A stretch of DNA of 27,048 nucleotides from Gemmatimonadota bacterium (GTDB lineage Bacteria > Gemmatimonadota > Gemmatimonadetes > Palauibacterales > Palauibacteraceae), in the NCBI GenBank assembly GCA_046758745.1, contig JBHIAV010000039.1:1-27048 (forward strand), read 5' to 3'. The first letter of the stretch is position 1; each line of letters starts with the position of its first letter. Below are positions 25,350 to 27,048 of the stretch, in pieces. The translations under genes were made by a program, and so were the position numbers. Under the pieces are notes generated by a model that worked only from the letters and a program-made list of their open reading frames with translations, had not been told where the DNA came from and searched no databases.

Positions 25350-25441
25350 CGTGCGGGAGGCTGTTCACCGACCTTCACGATCCGGGCTCCTCCTGAGTGG
25401 TGCCACCCGCGCTCACGGCCCGCTCGACGTCGCATCCCATG

Positions 25442-25468
25442 GACGTCGCGAGCCGTCCGGGCGTTAAA
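25442..25468 (-). promoter_or_regulatory. Putative ECF promoter for the ECF-2 operon (TTTAAC-N17-CGTC)
   Basis: Minus strand tTTAACgcccggacggctcgcgaCGTCca. AAC/CGT is the generic ECF -35/-10 signature. Confidence 0.5.
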
Positions 25469-25473
25469 CGGGG

Positions 25474-25500
25474 TGCAACGCACGCGTCGAGAGGCGTGTT
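25474..25500 (+). promoter_or_regulatory. Putative ECF promoter for the ECF-3 operon (TGCAAC-N18-GTT)
   Basis: TGCAACgcacgcgtcgagaggcgtGTT followed by an AT-rich acta. Confidence 0.4.
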
Positions 25501-25587
25501 ACTAGTGGTGCGACACGGCGAGGCTCATCCGCATGGCCGAAGGGAATATGTGCGCAGGGGGCCTCGGTCCGCCAACGAGGTCGGCCG

Positions 25588-26187
25588 GTGCCGTTGAAGC
25601 GGAGCCGGAAGGGCGAGCTGCCAACGGAGCAGGCCCTGGTACGGGCCGTGCAAGGCGGGGACACAGCGGCGTTCGGCTCGCTGGTCGAGCGATACCTGGA
25701 GCCGGCCTACGCGATCGCGCTCTCCGTCCTGCACGACCATCACGACGCCGAGGACGCGGTGCAGAGCGCCTTCATCCGGTCGCTGGAACGGATCGATCAC
25801 CTCCAGCCCGGCAGTCTGTTCGGTCCCTGGTTCTACCGGGTCCTGCGGACCTCGTGCCTCAACCTGCGGCGGCGGGAAATGCTGCGCGCCCACGAGCCGA
25901 TCCCGGCCGCCGCACGGGGTTCCTCGAATCCGGCGCGCGATATGGAGCGGAGCGTGGCGCGCGAGCAGGTGCTGGACGCGCTCGAGCAGCTGCCCGAGAT
26001 GCAGCGAATGGCGGTGACGCTTTACGACCTGGAGGGCTACAGCCACCGGGAGGTGGCGGAAGTGCTCGGAATCGCGGTGGGGACGTCGAGAGCGCATGTT
26101 CACCACGCGCGAAGGGCGCTCTGGAAGTTGCTCGGACCGGGTCTCGGCCCCGAGGAACCGAAGGACGAGGAGAGAGCGAATGACTGA
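25588..26187 (+). CDS. ECF-family RNA polymerase sigma factor (ECF-3)
   Basis: EQALVRAVQGGDTAAFGSLVERY, DAEDAVQSAF, FGPWFYRVL, LPEMQRMAVTLYDLEGYSHREVAEVLG. Start is uncertain. Confidence 0.94.
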   Translation: MPLKRSRKGELPTEQALVRAVQGGDTAAFGSLVERYLEPAYAIALSVLHDHHDAEDAVQSAFIRSLERIDHLQPGSLFGPWFYRVLRTSCLNLRRREMLRAHEPIPAAARGSSNPARDMERSVAREQVLDALEQLPEMQRMAVTLYDLEGYSHREVAEVLGIAVGTSRAHVHHARRALWKLLGPGLGPEEPKDEERAND

Positions 26188-26563
26188 CCCGAGCGACGCG
26201 GGCCGGGGCTTCCCGGAGTGGCTGGAGTCGCTGCGCCCCGACGACATGACGCGCGCGCGGCTTCGCCGCTCCATCCTGGCCGAGGCACAGCCGTTGCTCA
26301 CGGCGCGCTGCCGGGGCAGCTGGTGGGAGGTGGCGTCGGGATGGGCCACGCTCCTCGCGCCGACGGCGGCGGCACTGGCCCTGCTCTTCGGAGCTCTCGC
26401 GTACCGCGCCGGCCCTCCCGCGACGAGGGCCGAGGGCCCGCCCCGAGTGGAAGAGCTGGTGGCGGCATCTCCGAACGAGCTCCTCCCGCCGGTGCTGACC
26501 GCGGACTCGGCCTCAGGGGCAGACCTGGTGCTGACAGCGGCCATCTACGCCGGGGAGCGGTAG
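26180..26563 (+). CDS. Small single-TM putative anti-sigma factor
   Basis: ATG 26180 overlaps the sigma end. One TM helix (LLAPTAAALALLFGALAY). The role is inferred from position. Confidence 0.65.
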   Translation: MTDPSDAGRGFPEWLESLRPDDMTRARLRRSILAEAQPLLTARCRGSWWEVASGWATLLAPTAAALALLFGALAYRAGPPATRAEGPPRVEELVAASPNELLPPVLTADSASGADLVLTAAIYAGER

Positions 26564-26570
26564 GACCACC

Positions 26571-27002
26571 GTGCGTTCGCGCGCTCGGGTGGCGCTGCTG
26601 CTGCTGCTCACCTTCGCCGCGGGAGCGGCGGCGGGCGTGGCGGGAGAGCGCCTGTGGCCCGGCACCGGGACGGCGGAGGCCGAGGAGTCGGCGGCGGAGA
26701 GGAGGGGGCATCAAACGGTGATCGAGCGCTTCGCCGACGACATTGGCCTCACGGCGGAGCAGCGGGCGACGATCGCCCCCATCCTCGAGCGGTCGAGGAA
26801 GCGCTTCGAGCGGCTGTGGGAGGGCCTTCGCCCGAGGTACGAGGCCCTGGTGGACTCGGTGCGCGGGGAGATCGAGGTCGTGCTCGAACCCGACCAGGTC
26901 GAGCGCTACCGGGAGCTCCTGCGCAAGCAGGAGGAGAAGGAGCGGGCCCGGCGGGACAAGCGGGATAAGGAAGGAGAGGACTCGAAGGGGGATCGTTCGT
27001 GA
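26571..27002 (+). CDS. Periplasmic/membrane-anchored Spy/CpxP-like helical protein
   Basis: N-terminal anchor LLLLLTFAAGAAAG, IGLTAEQRATI and VLEPDQVERY (LTxxQ motifs). Confidence 0.72.
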   Translation: MRSRARVALLLLLTFAAGAAAGVAGERLWPGTGTAEAEESAAERRGHQTVIERFADDIGLTAEQRATIAPILERSRKRFERLWEGLRPRYEALVDSVRGEIEVVLEPDQVERYRELLRKQEEKERARRDKRDKEGEDSKGDRS

Positions 27003-27048
27003 TGGCAGGCCGAGGACGTTCCTGGCTGTTGGGAGCGGGGCTGGTGGT
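27002..27048 (+). CDS. Partial CDS (start of a signal peptide), truncated by the window edge
   Basis: TGATG overlap with the previous stop, reading MAGRGRSWLLGAGLV... Confidence 0.5.
   Translation, partial: MAGRGRSWLLGAGLV

Noticed and set aside
1-27048. CRISPR arrays, tRNA/rRNA genes, transposases, integrases, phage or defence genes
   Set aside because: None seen: no regularly spaced repeats and no relevant protein motifs.

Overview
High-GC bacterial DNA (roughly 70% GC by eye). Gene content and protein style suggest Gemmatimonadota, which is an inference. I find about 29 CDS and no rRNA, tRNA, CRISPR or mobile element. Left end (152-4794, minus strand): an ECF sigma factor, a coupled membrane anti-sigma with an AMPK-beta/CBM48-type glycogen-binding domain, a predicted outer-membrane beta-barrel protein ending in a second CBM48-type domain, a secreted helical protein and a DUF4382-like lipoprotein. 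Three of these genes are preceded by the same motif, GTGAC-N16-TCGTC, which I read as the ECF promoter. This is the best candidate for an undescribed system: a trans-envelope alpha-glucan-sensing ECF regulon. Middle: a molybdo-enzyme cluster (fused modBC/wtpBC, wtpA-like binding protein, mocA-like, xdhC, form II coxSLM-like hydroxylase), interrupted by a DSD1/D-threonine-aldolase-type enzyme, a membrane MshEN-like protein and an ABC-exporter operon. Right: a degenerate GGDEF membrane protein, etfBA, a hypothetical protein, nfo, and two divergent ECF sigma/anti-sigma/Spy-CpxP-like operons with back-to-back ECF-type promoters.
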